From Patescibacteria group bacterium (GTDB lineage Bacteria; Patescibacteriota; Patescibacteriia; Patescibacteriales; JAQTRU01): 64,000 nt of DNA. A program made the translations under genes and the position numbers. Every line of letters starts with the position of its first letter. The first letter of the stretch is position 1. Below are positions 33,261-41,676 of this stretch, piece after piece. The notes below the pieces were generated by a model. That model worked only from the letters and a program-made list of their open reading frames with translations. It was not told the origin of the DNA and made no database searches. The stretch is taken from positions 3,686 to 67,685 of the forward strand of contig JAQUPG010000006.1 of assembly GCA_028716725.1 (NCBI GenBank), given 5' to 3'.

Positions 33261-33359
33261 TTACATAAGCGCCAGGCCGATTGTCCAGATAACCATGGAA
33301 AGAATCATTAAAACCGATATTATCGTCCAGGCAATTTTTATTACCTTACGTTGTTTCAT
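33261..33359 (-). CDS. possible 32-aa single-TM peptide
   Basis: MKQRKVIKIAWTIISVLMILSMVIWTIGLALM* lies between the lepA stop and the recJ start. Basic N-terminus plus one hydrophobic helix. Not in the ORF track. Confidence 0.3.
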   Translation of the reverse strand: MKQRKVIKIAWTIISVLMILSMVIWTIGLALM

Positions 33360-33376
33360 ATGTTATCCTAAGAATC

Positions 33377-35206
33377 TTATCGTTTTAAAATTTTCACGAA
33401 TGCTTCCGGCGGAATTTCCACGCTCCCCTTGCCGGCGGCCATCATTTTCTTTTTGCCCTTTTTCTGCTTTTCCAGTAATTTTCTTTTCCGGCTGACGTCC
33501 CCGCCGTAAAGCTTGGCCGTCACGTCCTTGCGCATGGCGGAAAGCCTTTCCGCGGCAATGACTTTCCCGCCAATGGCGGCCTGCATTTTTAAGACAAACA
33601 TCTGCTTCGGCAAAGTTTCCTTTAAAGTTTCCACGATTTTTTTGCCTTCCCGAAAAGCTTCATCGCGATAAACGATCATGGACAGAGCTTCAACTATGTC
33701 TTCGGCCACTAGAATATCCATCTTCACCACATCGGCCGGGCGGTAATCCAGATAATCATAATTAATGGAAGCGTAGCCGGAGCTGATACTTTTTATCTTA
33801 TCATAAAAGTCGGTTAAAATCGCCGCCATGGGTATTTCATAATGGAGAATAACCGTGTCTTTTTCCAAATATTCCGTATTTTTATAAGCGCCCCTCTTGT
33901 CCTGCGCTAATTCCATGACCGCGCCTATATAATCTTTTGGGGTAACAATGTCCAAAGATACCCACGGCTCTTCCACCTGCTTTATTTCCGCCTGGTCCGG
34001 CAATTTTTGCGGAGTGCGGATAATTATTTCCTCGCCGTTTGTCTTATGGACTTTATAAGCCACGCTCGGCAAGGTTACGATTAAAGCCAGGTTATATTCC
34101 CGCCGCAGCCTTTCCTGAAAAATTTCTAAATGCAGAAGCCCGAGAAAACCGCACCGAAAACCAAAACCCAAAGCTTCGGAACTTTCCGGCTCATACGTCA
34201 GGGCGGCATCATTTAATTTTAATTTTTCCATGGCTTCCCGCAAGTCCTGAAAATCGCTGCCTTCCCTAGGGAAAACCCCGGCAAAAACCATGGGCTTCAC
34301 CTCTTTATAGCCATGCAAGGGCTCTAAACCGGACTCAACGGATTTAAGATTGGAAACCGTGTCGCCCACCCGGCACTCGCTGACATTTTTAAAACCGGTA
34401 ACAATATAACCAATTTCCCCGGCTTCCAGTTTCCCCGTGGATTTATACTCGGGCTTAAATATGCCGATATCCAGGGCCTCACTTCTGGCTTTTGTGGCCA
34501 TTAAATAAATTTTATCCCCCTTTTTTATTTCCCCGTCCATAACCCTGACATGCGCCACCACTCCCCGATATTCATCATAATTGGAATCAAAAATTAAAGC
34601 CCGCAGAATTTCAATACCTCTCCCCTTTTGTTCCCCTCCTCTAATTAGGGGAGGGGTTAGGGGTGAGGTCCCGGGTGCTGGCACGTGTTTAACCACCGCT
34701 TCTAAAATCTCCTCTACCCCCTGACCAGTTTTGCCAGAAGCTAAAATTATTTCTTTTTCATTACAGCCAATTAATTTTATAATTTCCCCTTTGGTTTTTC
34801 CGATATCGGCCGCGGGCAAATCTATTTTATTAACCACCGGAATGATTGCCAAATCCTGTTCCATGGCCAAAAAAAGATTAGCCAGAGTCTGGGCCTGAAT
34901 TCCTTGGGTCGCGTCCACTAATAAAACCGCTCCTTCCACCGCGGCTAACGAGCGGGAAACTTCATAGGAAAAATCAACATGGCCAGGAGTGTCTATCAAA
35001 TTCAAAACATAGCCATTATATTCCATAGTCACGGGCTGGAGCTTGATTGTTATTCCCCTTTCCCTTTCTATATCCATTCTGTCCAGAAACTGTTCTTTCA
35101 TTTTTCTTTTTTCAATCGTCCCGGTAATTTCCAGCATCCGATCCGCCAAAGTTGACTTGCCGTGGTCAATATGCGCGATAATGCAGAAATTTCTAATATT
35201 GGTCAT
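33377..35206 (-). CDS. lepA: elongation factor 4 (LepA)
   Basis: IIAHIDHGKSTL, DTPGHVDF and NKID G-motifs, plus the LepA C-terminal region; 609 aa. Confidence 0.95.
   Translation of the reverse strand: MTNIRNFCIIAHIDHGKSTLADRMLEITGTIEKRKMKEQFLDRMDIERERGITIKLQPVTMEYNGYVLNLIDTPGHVDFSYEVSRSLAAVEGAVLLVDATQGIQAQTLANLFLAMEQDLAIIPVVNKIDLPAADIGKTKGEIIKLIGCNEKEIILASGKTGQGVEEILEAVVKHVPAPGTSPLTPPLIRGGEQKGRGIEILRALIFDSNYDEYRGVVAHVRVMDGEIKKGDKIYLMATKARSEALDIGIFKPEYKSTGKLEAGEIGYIVTGFKNVSECRVGDTVSNLKSVESGLEPLHGYKEVKPMVFAGVFPREGSDFQDLREAMEKLKLNDAALTYEPESSEALGFGFRCGFLGLLHLEIFQERLRREYNLALIVTLPSVAYKVHKTNGEEIIIRTPQKLPDQAEIKQVEEPWVSLDIVTPKDYIGAVMELAQDKRGAYKNTEYLEKDTVILHYEIPMAAILTDFYDKIKSISSGYASINYDYLDYRPADVVKMDILVAEDIVEALSMIVYRDEAFREGKKIVETLKETLPKQMFVLKMQAAIGGKVIAAERLSAMRKDVTAKLYGGDVSRKRKLLEKQKKGKKKMMAAGKGSVEIPPEAFVKILKR
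34633..34669 (+). repeat. family A hairpin plus G-rich tail inside lepA
   Basis: cccctcctct-aatt-aggggagggg (10-bp stem with one G-T pair) plus ttaggggtgaggt. On the minus strand it encodes TSPLTPPLIRGGEQKGRG. Confidence 0.85.
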
Positions 35207-35361
35207 AAAAAATTAAAAAAATAAATCAGGATTATCCCTAATTTTAGCTTTTAGCTATTAGCTTTTAGCTTTCTTAATCTTATCTTTTTTTACCCTTTTG
35301 GTCAACTAACCTAAGCACGGACCCATGCGGACTAAATGCAGACTTAAGCGGACTGGCGCGG

Positions 35362-35392
35362 AATAAAACAGGGCGAACATCTCTGTCCGCCC
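35362..35392 (-). terminator. rho-independent terminator of dapB
   Basis: Minus strand GGGCGGAC-AGAGAT-GTTCGCCC followed by TGTTTTATTC. Confidence 0.6.
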
Positions 35393-35408
35393 CTTGTTAT
35401 CATACTGC

Positions 35409-36209
35409 TTACTTCAGGCCCAAAACATCCTGCATGTCGTAAAGTCCCGGATTCTGCTCCGGAGCCCACTCGGCCGCCCGAACGAAACCTTGAGCAAAAG
35501 CGTCGCGGGAAGAAACCCGATGAACCAGCTCAATCCGCTCTCCCGGACCGAAAAAGGTAACTGTGTGTTCACCCACCACATCGCTCGCGCGAAGAGAGTG
35601 GATGCCGATCTGGTCTTTCGGCCGAGGATAACCCATTCCATGCCGGCCATAGCAGGCGACATCTATCAGTTTCTGGCCTCGGACCCCGGCGACAATTTCC
35701 GCCAATCTATCGGCTGTGCCGCTGGGAGCATCCTTTTTCTGATCATGATGGATCTCAATGATTTCAACATCATATCCATCCCCCAGAATTGCCGTCATTT
35801 TGGCCACTAAGGCAAACATCGCGTTTGCCCCGACACTAAAATTCGGCGCCAAAACGATGGGAATCCACTCGGCAGCCAAATCGAGATAATGTCTGGCTTC
35901 ATCATCCAGACCAGTCGAGCCAATCACCATCGGCTTTATACAACTTACAGCCAATTTCGCATTAGCCATAAATGCTTCCTGACCGCTTACGTCAATGACA
36001 ACGTCAGACGAAGCAATAACCGAGGGCAGGTCATCAGAGTCCGAAGGAGTAAAAGAAATCTTCGTCCCTGGAATCGGAAAACCTGAAATCTTCGCTGGTT
36101 TTTCAATTGCCCCGACCAACTCGATTCCGTCTGTTTCATTGATCGCCGGGATAATTCGGCTACCCATTCTGCCAGCCCCGCCAATCACGGTTACTTTTAC
36201 AGTTTTCAC
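35409..36209 (-). CDS. dapB: 4-hydroxy-tetrahydrodipicolinate reductase
   Basis: N-terminal VIGGAGRMG Rossmann motif, EIHHDQKKDAPSGTA signature and APNFSVGAN. GTG start preceded by AAGGGAG. Visibly higher GC than its neighbours. Confidence 0.85.
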   Translation of the reverse strand: MKTVKVTVIGGAGRMGSRIIPAINETDGIELVGAIEKPAKISGFPIPGTKISFTPSDSDDLPSVIASSDVVIDVSGQEAFMANAKLAVSCIKPMVIGSTGLDDEARHYLDLAAEWIPIVLAPNFSVGANAMFALVAKMTAILGDGYDVEIIEIHHDQKKDAPSGTADRLAEIVAGVRGQKLIDVACYGRHGMGYPRPKDQIGIHSLRASDVVGEHTVTFFGPGERIELVHRVSSRDAFAQGFVRAAEWAPEQNPGLYDMQDVLGLK

Positions 36210-36315
36210 GGTACTTCTCCCTTCTTAAAGTAGTTATTGTTAGTGGGCAACTTCAAAAAGAACATCAAATAAAATTATCATAACTTTAAAAATAAGTCAA
36301 CCCGTCGTAATGGGT

Positions 36316-36359
36316 TTAAAAAAGGAGCTCAGCTCCGAAGCTTCGGAGCTGAGCTCCTT
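36316..36359 (-). terminator. 38-nt perfect palindrome terminator
   Basis: aaggagctcagctccgaag/cttcggagctgagctcctt (36322-36359), followed on the minus strand by TTTTTAAA. Confidence 0.7.
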
Positions 36360-36374
36360 ATCTCTATATAAAAT

Positions 36375-37136
36375 CTATTCCACTTGCAGCGGCCCCACTT
36401 TTTCCATTTCAAATTTTTTCTGTTCATTAATATTATTGGTTGTATAATCTAAAAGAATAAATTCTTTTTTTAATATTTTATTTTCTCTGTCAAACTCCGC
36501 TGCGATAAATTTGTTTTTATATTCTTCCAAGATAACTAATTCTGGGTCTGATTTATATACTAAAAAATATTCACGTTTTGCATCTTTATACCCCTTCTCA
36601 CAAATAGGAAAAAGAAGAAAAATTATTAAAAAAATAAGAAGTGGTTTTAATTCTAGTAAAGTAAATACCTCTTCCATTTTTGGTAAATTGCATATATTCA
36701 TAATATTAAGAACCACGAAGGGACTTGCTAGCAACGCTATTATACCTATTGCTGACATATTAACATTGTTAGTAACAAAAAAATCAAAAATTTTCCCCGA
36801 TAAGATTATATATGAAATAATTATTAAAAAAACAGATGAAATATAGCTGGATATTTTTTTAGGATATTTTTTAACAATTATAAACGCCGCCGAGATAAAA
36901 AGCCCCATTAATACGACGATAAAAAAAACAAATACAACATAAAAAGTAGAATATAAAATCCTGTTTATATCAACCTCTATAAACATTAAAGGAATAGAAA
37001 GGGTACGAAAATATATAAATTTATACAAATAACTTACAAAGAATCCCGCAAAAGTTAGTAATGCAACAATAAAAGTTGCTTCACCTAAAAAGGTAATCCC
37101 TAATTTTGATTTATTTTTCATTTCTCCCTCTGACAT
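36375..37136 (-). CDS. hypothetical polytopic membrane protein, extremely AT-rich gene
   Basis: 253 aa with about 6 hydrophobic helices rich in I/F/L/K/N. Far more AT-rich than the surrounding genes. Confidence 0.65.
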   Translation of the reverse strand: MSEGEMKNKSKLGITFLGEATFIVALLTFAGFFVSYLYKFIYFRTLSIPLMFIEVDINRILYSTFYVVFVFFIVVLMGLFISAAFIIVKKYPKKISSYISSVFLIIISYIILSGKIFDFFVTNNVNMSAIGIIALLASPFVVLNIMNICNLPKMEEVFTLLELKPLLIFLIIFLLFPICEKGYKDAKREYFLVYKSDPELVILEEYKNKFIAAEFDRENKILKKEFILLDYTTNNINEQKKFEMEKVGPLQVE

Positions 37137-37203
37137 ATTACCAAAACTTATAAATATAAAATAAAATTGTAAATTAAAAAATTTGTAAATTTGAAAATTT
37201 CCC

Positions 37204-38856
37204 CTAGATTCCCCTGGCTTCTCCCTGGTCTTCGGTCGTCACTTTCTTTAAAGGCTGGCGGCAAAGCTTGCATTTAATCGGCGTCCAGACAGCCATAAAT
37301 TCTTCGCTTCGGAGAAGCGAGCAAACGGCCGCGTAAATGAACATGCCGGCTAATCCGGCGACCAACCCCTGGGTTAAAACTCCCCAGAATTTAGTCATAT
37401 CAATAAACGGCCAAATCAATAATTTCATGCCCTGGACCGTAATCCCGCAAGCCACCCCGGCTGCCGAGAACTTTATCACGGACACCAAAATTTTTATCTC
37501 GTCCATCTGGCCAAGAGAAAAACGCAGGGCCAGCCAAAGGAGAATAAAATTAAGAATGGAGGAAAGGGAAAAAGCTAAAGCCAAACCGGCTACGCCCATT
37601 CGGCTGGAAAGCCATAAAGATAAGACGACATTAATAAGGGCGGAAAATAAACCAATGAAAAACGGGGTTTTAGAATCATGCCGGGCGTAAAATACCCGGA
37701 CTAAAAGCGGCAGAGAGGCCTGGGCAAAAAGGGATAGGCAGAAAAAAGCTAAGGTATTCATGGTTAAAATCGTATCCTCCCAGTCAAACCGCCCGGTCCC
37801 AAAAATAACGCGGATAACCTGAGCGCGCAAAGTTATAAGTAAAACCGTAGACGGAACGATAAAAAATAAAATTTGGCGCAGGGTTGAGGAAAAACCGGCA
37901 ACCAAATCTTTTTTGGAAAAAGCCGCGGCGGAAAGAGCGGGAAAAGCGGCAATGGCAAAAGAGATGCCGAAAATGCCGATCGGAAAAGACTGCAAATTAT
38001 TGGCTAAATTAAAAACCGCCAAAGAGCCGACCGCCAAAGTTGAAGCAATAATTGTAATCACGACTAAATTTATCTGGGAAATGGCCAAACTCATCGTCCG
38101 CGGCACCATCATGGCGCCTATTTTTTTTAAATCGGAATCTTTAAAATCAATTTTTAACCTGTGCCGGAAACCCAGGGCAATCGTGGTTGGAAGCTGGATA
38201 AGCATATGGAGAGAAGCTCCTAAAACCACGCCCCAGGCCAGGCCGTAAATCCCCCAAGCCGGAACAAAATACAAAGCGCCGATGATAATCCCGACATTAT
38301 ACATTATCGGCGCCAGAGAATAGACAAAAAATCTTTTAAATGACTGCAGAATCCCGCCTAAAACCGCCGAGATGCCCAAGAACAAAGGGGAAAGAAACAT
38401 TATTCTGGTTAAGGCCACGGTTAAGGCCTGCTTTTCCGGAGAAAATCCGGGAGTGATTAGTTCGGTCAGGCCCGGAGAAAAAATAATTCCTAAACCGCAA
38501 AGAACCAAAAGCCCCAAAACTAAAATGTTTAAAATATTGCTCGCCAGCGTCCAGGCCTTTTTATTTTCTTCGCCAGCAAAAAAACCGGTAATCTTATCCA
38601 GCGGATTTTTAAGGAGGCCGACAAAAATAGGAATAAAGCCTGCCGATAAAGCCCCCAGGACCAATAAATTAAAAATTGAATCCGGAATCCGGAAAGCGGC
38701 GTAATAAACGTCTAAAGTGTCACCGGCTCCGAATTCGCCGGCTAAAATCCTGTCGCGGAAAACGCCTAAAAAACGGCTGACCAATGAGGAGGCCCCCACC
38801 AGTCCCGCCGCTACGGTTATATTATTGATTTGCCCGTTAAACAAGCGTTTGATCAT
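37204..38856 (-). CDS. murJ: lipid II flippase MurJ
   Basis: SLVSRFLGVFRDRILAGEFGAGDTLDVYYAAFRIPD N-terminal signature and about 14 TM helices; 550 aa. Confidence 0.85.
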   Translation of the reverse strand: MIKRLFNGQINNITVAAGLVGASSLVSRFLGVFRDRILAGEFGAGDTLDVYYAAFRIPDSIFNLLVLGALSAGFIPIFVGLLKNPLDKITGFFAGEENKKAWTLASNILNILVLGLLVLCGLGIIFSPGLTELITPGFSPEKQALTVALTRIMFLSPLFLGISAVLGGILQSFKRFFVYSLAPIMYNVGIIIGALYFVPAWGIYGLAWGVVLGASLHMLIQLPTTIALGFRHRLKIDFKDSDLKKIGAMMVPRTMSLAISQINLVVITIIASTLAVGSLAVFNLANNLQSFPIGIFGISFAIAAFPALSAAAFSKKDLVAGFSSTLRQILFFIVPSTVLLITLRAQVIRVIFGTGRFDWEDTILTMNTLAFFCLSLFAQASLPLLVRVFYARHDSKTPFFIGLFSALINVVLSLWLSSRMGVAGLALAFSLSSILNFILLWLALRFSLGQMDEIKILVSVIKFSAAGVACGITVQGMKLLIWPFIDMTKFWGVLTQGLVAGLAGMFIYAAVCSLLRSEEFMAVWTPIKCKLCRQPLKKVTTEDQGEARGI

Positions 38857-38857
38857 A

Positions 38858-40885
38858 CTAAATTATAATTCTAACATCAGTCGCTACCGCCCCTTTTCTT
38901 TTTATGAACAAAGGATTGATGTCCACCTCTTTTATTCCCGGATTTTCCCGCGCCAGTCTGGCGATATTGACAATCGCTTGGGCTAAACTTTTTATGTCAT
39001 AGCCGAAATGACCCCGCGCTCCTTTCAAAATCGGATAAATTTTTAATTTTTTAATCATAGCTTGAGCCCGGATGTAATCAACGTCATCAACTTCCAAGGC
39101 AATGTCCTGCCAAACTTCAGTATAAATTCCACCCGTGCCAACCATTATAATCGGGCCGAAAAATTCATCCCGCTTAAACCCGACTATCATCTCAAATCCG
39201 TCTTTTATCATTTCCTGGGTTACAATATAATTTTCTCCCCTGTCTCTAAAAGACTTAAAAATTTTTTCCGCCTGCCTGACGTCAGCTATATTTAAAACTA
39301 AACTATTTTTGTCGGTTTTATGAATTATCTTCGGGCCGACCATCTTCAGGGCAACTGGATATTTTAATTTTTTTAAATCGCTTTTTCCTTTCACCGCCGT
39401 AGTGCCAATCGCCGGAATTTTATATTTTTTAAGGATTTTAAAAGATTTTAAATAATCCATTTGTTCGTCTTTCATGCCCCTATTCTGTACAAGCTGATTT
39501 TTACTTAACGAATATGGTTTTAAATTTTTAATCTTCATTTGGTGATTAAAGAATTTCCCAAAAATTTTTATAGCCTGCTCCGGGTAGGCAAAATTAACAA
39601 TATTATTTTGCCTTAATATTTTTCTTGCTTTGCTTAGAGACTCGCCGCCGATAAAACTCGTACAGATTAATTTTTCCTGGTATCTTTTGCCTAACTGGCC
39701 GATTACCTTAGCTGTTGCTTCGGCTTCGGTCGCTGTCTGCGGGGTAAGAAGAATAAAAATATTATAAACGTTTTTTTCTCCTAAAATAAGTTTTAAAGCT
39801 TTCTCATACCGCTTAGCCCCGGCATCGCCTAAAATATCCAAAGGATTAGCCGGGTTCGGAACTTCCGGCAAGCTCTTTTTTAATTTTTTCGCCAGTTCAG
39901 GAGAGAATTTTCCCAAGGCCAGATTATTCTCTTCCAATAAATCCGCCGTCATAACCAGGGGGCCGCCGGCATTGGAAACTATATATAAATCTCCATTCTC
40001 CGACTTTGTCTTCTCCTGCCAGATTTTTATTAAACTGAACATCTCCTCTAAATTGGAAATGTTTATGGCTCCGGCTCTTTCTAGGCCAGTTTCCACGGCC
40101 CGGTAAGAACCGGCCAAAGACCCTGTATGGGATAAAGCCGCGACAGAGCCGGTTTTGGTTTTACCGGCTTTTAAAATCGCCACTGGCTTGCGTTTAGCTA
40201 AACGCGAAACTATTTCCATGAGCCGCCCCCCTTCTTCAATTTCTTCCAGGTAAGCCACAATAAATCTAGTGTTCTTGTCACGGGCTAAAAATTCAAAAAA
40301 ATCATTTTCTTTAAGGCCCACCTTATTGCCCAAACTGATAAAATAGGAAAAGCCGATATTTTTATTATGCAGCCAGTCCAGGACCGCGCTGCCGATCGCC
40401 CCGGACTGGGAAATAAAAGCGAGCCCTCCGGTTCTTAATTTGGCCCGGGCAAAAGTAAGGTTAAGCCGGCAGGCACTGCATATCAATCCTAAGCAATTCG
40501 GGCCCAAAAGATTAAGCTTGTACTTGGAAATCAATTTTTTCAGCTCCTCTTCCCTCATCTTCCCCTCGGCTCCGGCCTCGGCAAAACCCGAACTGATGAT
40601 AATAATATTTCTGATTTTTTTAAAAGCGCAATTTTTTACTTCTTCCAAAACAAAAACAGCCGGAATAACAATAACCGCCAGGTCCACTCTCGCTTTAATA
40701 TCCCTGACGCTTGGATAAGCTTTAAGCCCGGCAATATTTTTTTCTTTCAGGTTAACTGGATAAATTTTTCCTTTAAAGCCGCCCGCTTTTAAATTGGAAA
40801 GGATCTGCCAGCCCAGCTTCTTTTTATTATTGGAAGCGCCAATTAAAGCAATTGATTTAGGCGCTAAAAATGATTTCGACACCAT
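38858..40885 (-). CDS. ADP-forming acetyl-CoA synthetase (acetate--CoA ligase family, fused alpha/beta)
   Basis: N-terminal CoA-binding domain (PKSIALIGAS..YPVN), succinyl-CoA-synthetase-like middle (SQSGAIG, SHTGSLAG) and C-terminal ATP-grasp; 675 aa. Confidence 0.8.
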   Translation of the reverse strand: MVSKSFLAPKSIALIGASNNKKKLGWQILSNLKAGGFKGKIYPVNLKEKNIAGLKAYPSVRDIKARVDLAVIVIPAVFVLEEVKNCAFKKIRNIIIISSGFAEAGAEGKMREEELKKLISKYKLNLLGPNCLGLICSACRLNLTFARAKLRTGGLAFISQSGAIGSAVLDWLHNKNIGFSYFISLGNKVGLKENDFFEFLARDKNTRFIVAYLEEIEEGGRLMEIVSRLAKRKPVAILKAGKTKTGSVAALSHTGSLAGSYRAVETGLERAGAINISNLEEMFSLIKIWQEKTKSENGDLYIVSNAGGPLVMTADLLEENNLALGKFSPELAKKLKKSLPEVPNPANPLDILGDAGAKRYEKALKLILGEKNVYNIFILLTPQTATEAEATAKVIGQLGKRYQEKLICTSFIGGESLSKARKILRQNNIVNFAYPEQAIKIFGKFFNHQMKIKNLKPYSLSKNQLVQNRGMKDEQMDYLKSFKILKKYKIPAIGTTAVKGKSDLKKLKYPVALKMVGPKIIHKTDKNSLVLNIADVRQAEKIFKSFRDRGENYIVTQEMIKDGFEMIVGFKRDEFFGPIIMVGTGGIYTEVWQDIALEVDDVDYIRAQAMIKKLKIYPILKGARGHFGYDIKSLAQAIVNIARLARENPGIKEVDINPLFIKRKGAVATDVRIII

Positions 40886-40896
40886 AAAAATGAAGA

Positions 40897-41088
40897 TTAT
40901 TTTTTTATTTCTTCTTTGCCTGTAACTAATACAATTATACCAGCAAAGAGCCAGCTGAGCAAAACCCAGTTTAAATTAAGATAAGCCAAAACTATATTTG
41001 GCCAAGCCAGTTCTAAAACAACAAAAATTACCAAAGCGCCGGTTAAGGCGTAAAATAATTCTTTAAAGATTAGATTAATTTTTTTCAT
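40897..41088 (-). CDS. small two-TM membrane protein (63 aa)
   Basis: MKKINLIFKELFYALTGALVIFVVLELAW...WLFAGIIVLVTG. The track N-terminal extension is encoded by the hairpin at 41105-41133. Confidence 0.45.
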   Translation of the reverse strand: MKKINLIFKELFYALTGALVIFVVLELAWPNIVLAYLNLNWVLLSWLFAGIIVLVTGKEEIKK

Positions 41089-41104
41089 AATAAATAATCC
41101 ACAT

Positions 41105-41133
41105 GTAGAGACGGGACATTGTCCTGTCTCTAC
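41105..41133. repeat. hairpin element
   Basis: gtagagacgggac-att-gtcctgtctctac (13-bp arms, one G-T pair) in a divergent spacer. Confidence 0.8.
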
Positions 41134-41147
41134 CACGAAAAATAACA

Positions 41148-41176
41148 TTGACAAGAAAAAAATTTTTTGCTAACTT
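41148..41176 (+). promoter_or_regulatory. possible sigma70-like promoter
   Basis: TTGACA (41148-41153), 17-nt spacer, TAACTT. Lies upstream of the SD-led small ORF pair. The -10 box is weak. Confidence 0.3.
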
Positions 41177-41217
41177 CTACTTATATTTTACACCAAAAAA
41201 TCCTAAAGGGAGGGAAA

Positions 41218-41412
41218 ATGGCAACTGGCCAAATCTGGGGCAAAATACCAGAGACAATTCTTTTGGAAGATTTCACTGATGCGAATTCAGGAATCACGCT
41301 TACTGCGGAGACAATTCTGCAAACGCGCGGTTTTTCCGGCAGCCACTATCAGTGTTTAGTCGGCGATCGCAAGTTCGTTTGGGTGCCGAAAAATATAACA
41401 AAAACGGAATAG
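41218..41412 (+). CDS. small protein (64 aa), paralog of the next ORF
   Basis: ATG preceded by AAAGGGAGGGAAA. C-terminus TRGFSGSHYQCLVGDRKFVWVPKNITKTE. Confidence 0.5.
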   Translation: MATGQIWGKIPETILLEDFTDANSGITLTAETILQTRGFSGSHYQCLVGDRKFVWVPKNITKTE

Positions 41413-41431
41413 ACTAAAACGGGGGAAATGA

Positions 41432-41614
41432 ATGAGCTCAACATTAGTAGTCCTAACAGAAGAACACTATGATGCAGGCACTGATACCACTATACCGCCA
41501 AACGTTTCATTTGTAGTAAAAGGCACAAGAGGAACGGGGAATGACAAAGAACTTTGTTGCGGCGGAGGCGGAATAGAATTCTGGGTTCCGGAAAGTAAAA
41601 CAAAACCGGCATAA
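41432..41614 (+). CDS. small protein (60 aa), paralog of the previous ORF
   Basis: ATG preceded by ACGGGGGAAATGA. C-terminus TRGTGNDKELCCGGGGIEFWVPESKTKPA. Confidence 0.5.
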   Translation: MSSTLVVLTEEHYDAGTDTTIPPNVSFVVKGTRGTGNDKELCCGGGGIEFWVPESKTKPA

Positions 41615-41645
41615 AACTATCGCCTATTTGGCGAAAAACATTCGG

Positions 41646-41676
41646 GGTCGACTTCAATAGTCGGCCTTTTTTATTT
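41646..41676 (+). terminator. rho-independent terminator
   Basis: ggtcgact-tcaat-agtcggcc (one G-T pair) followed by ttttttatttttt. Confidence 0.65.
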
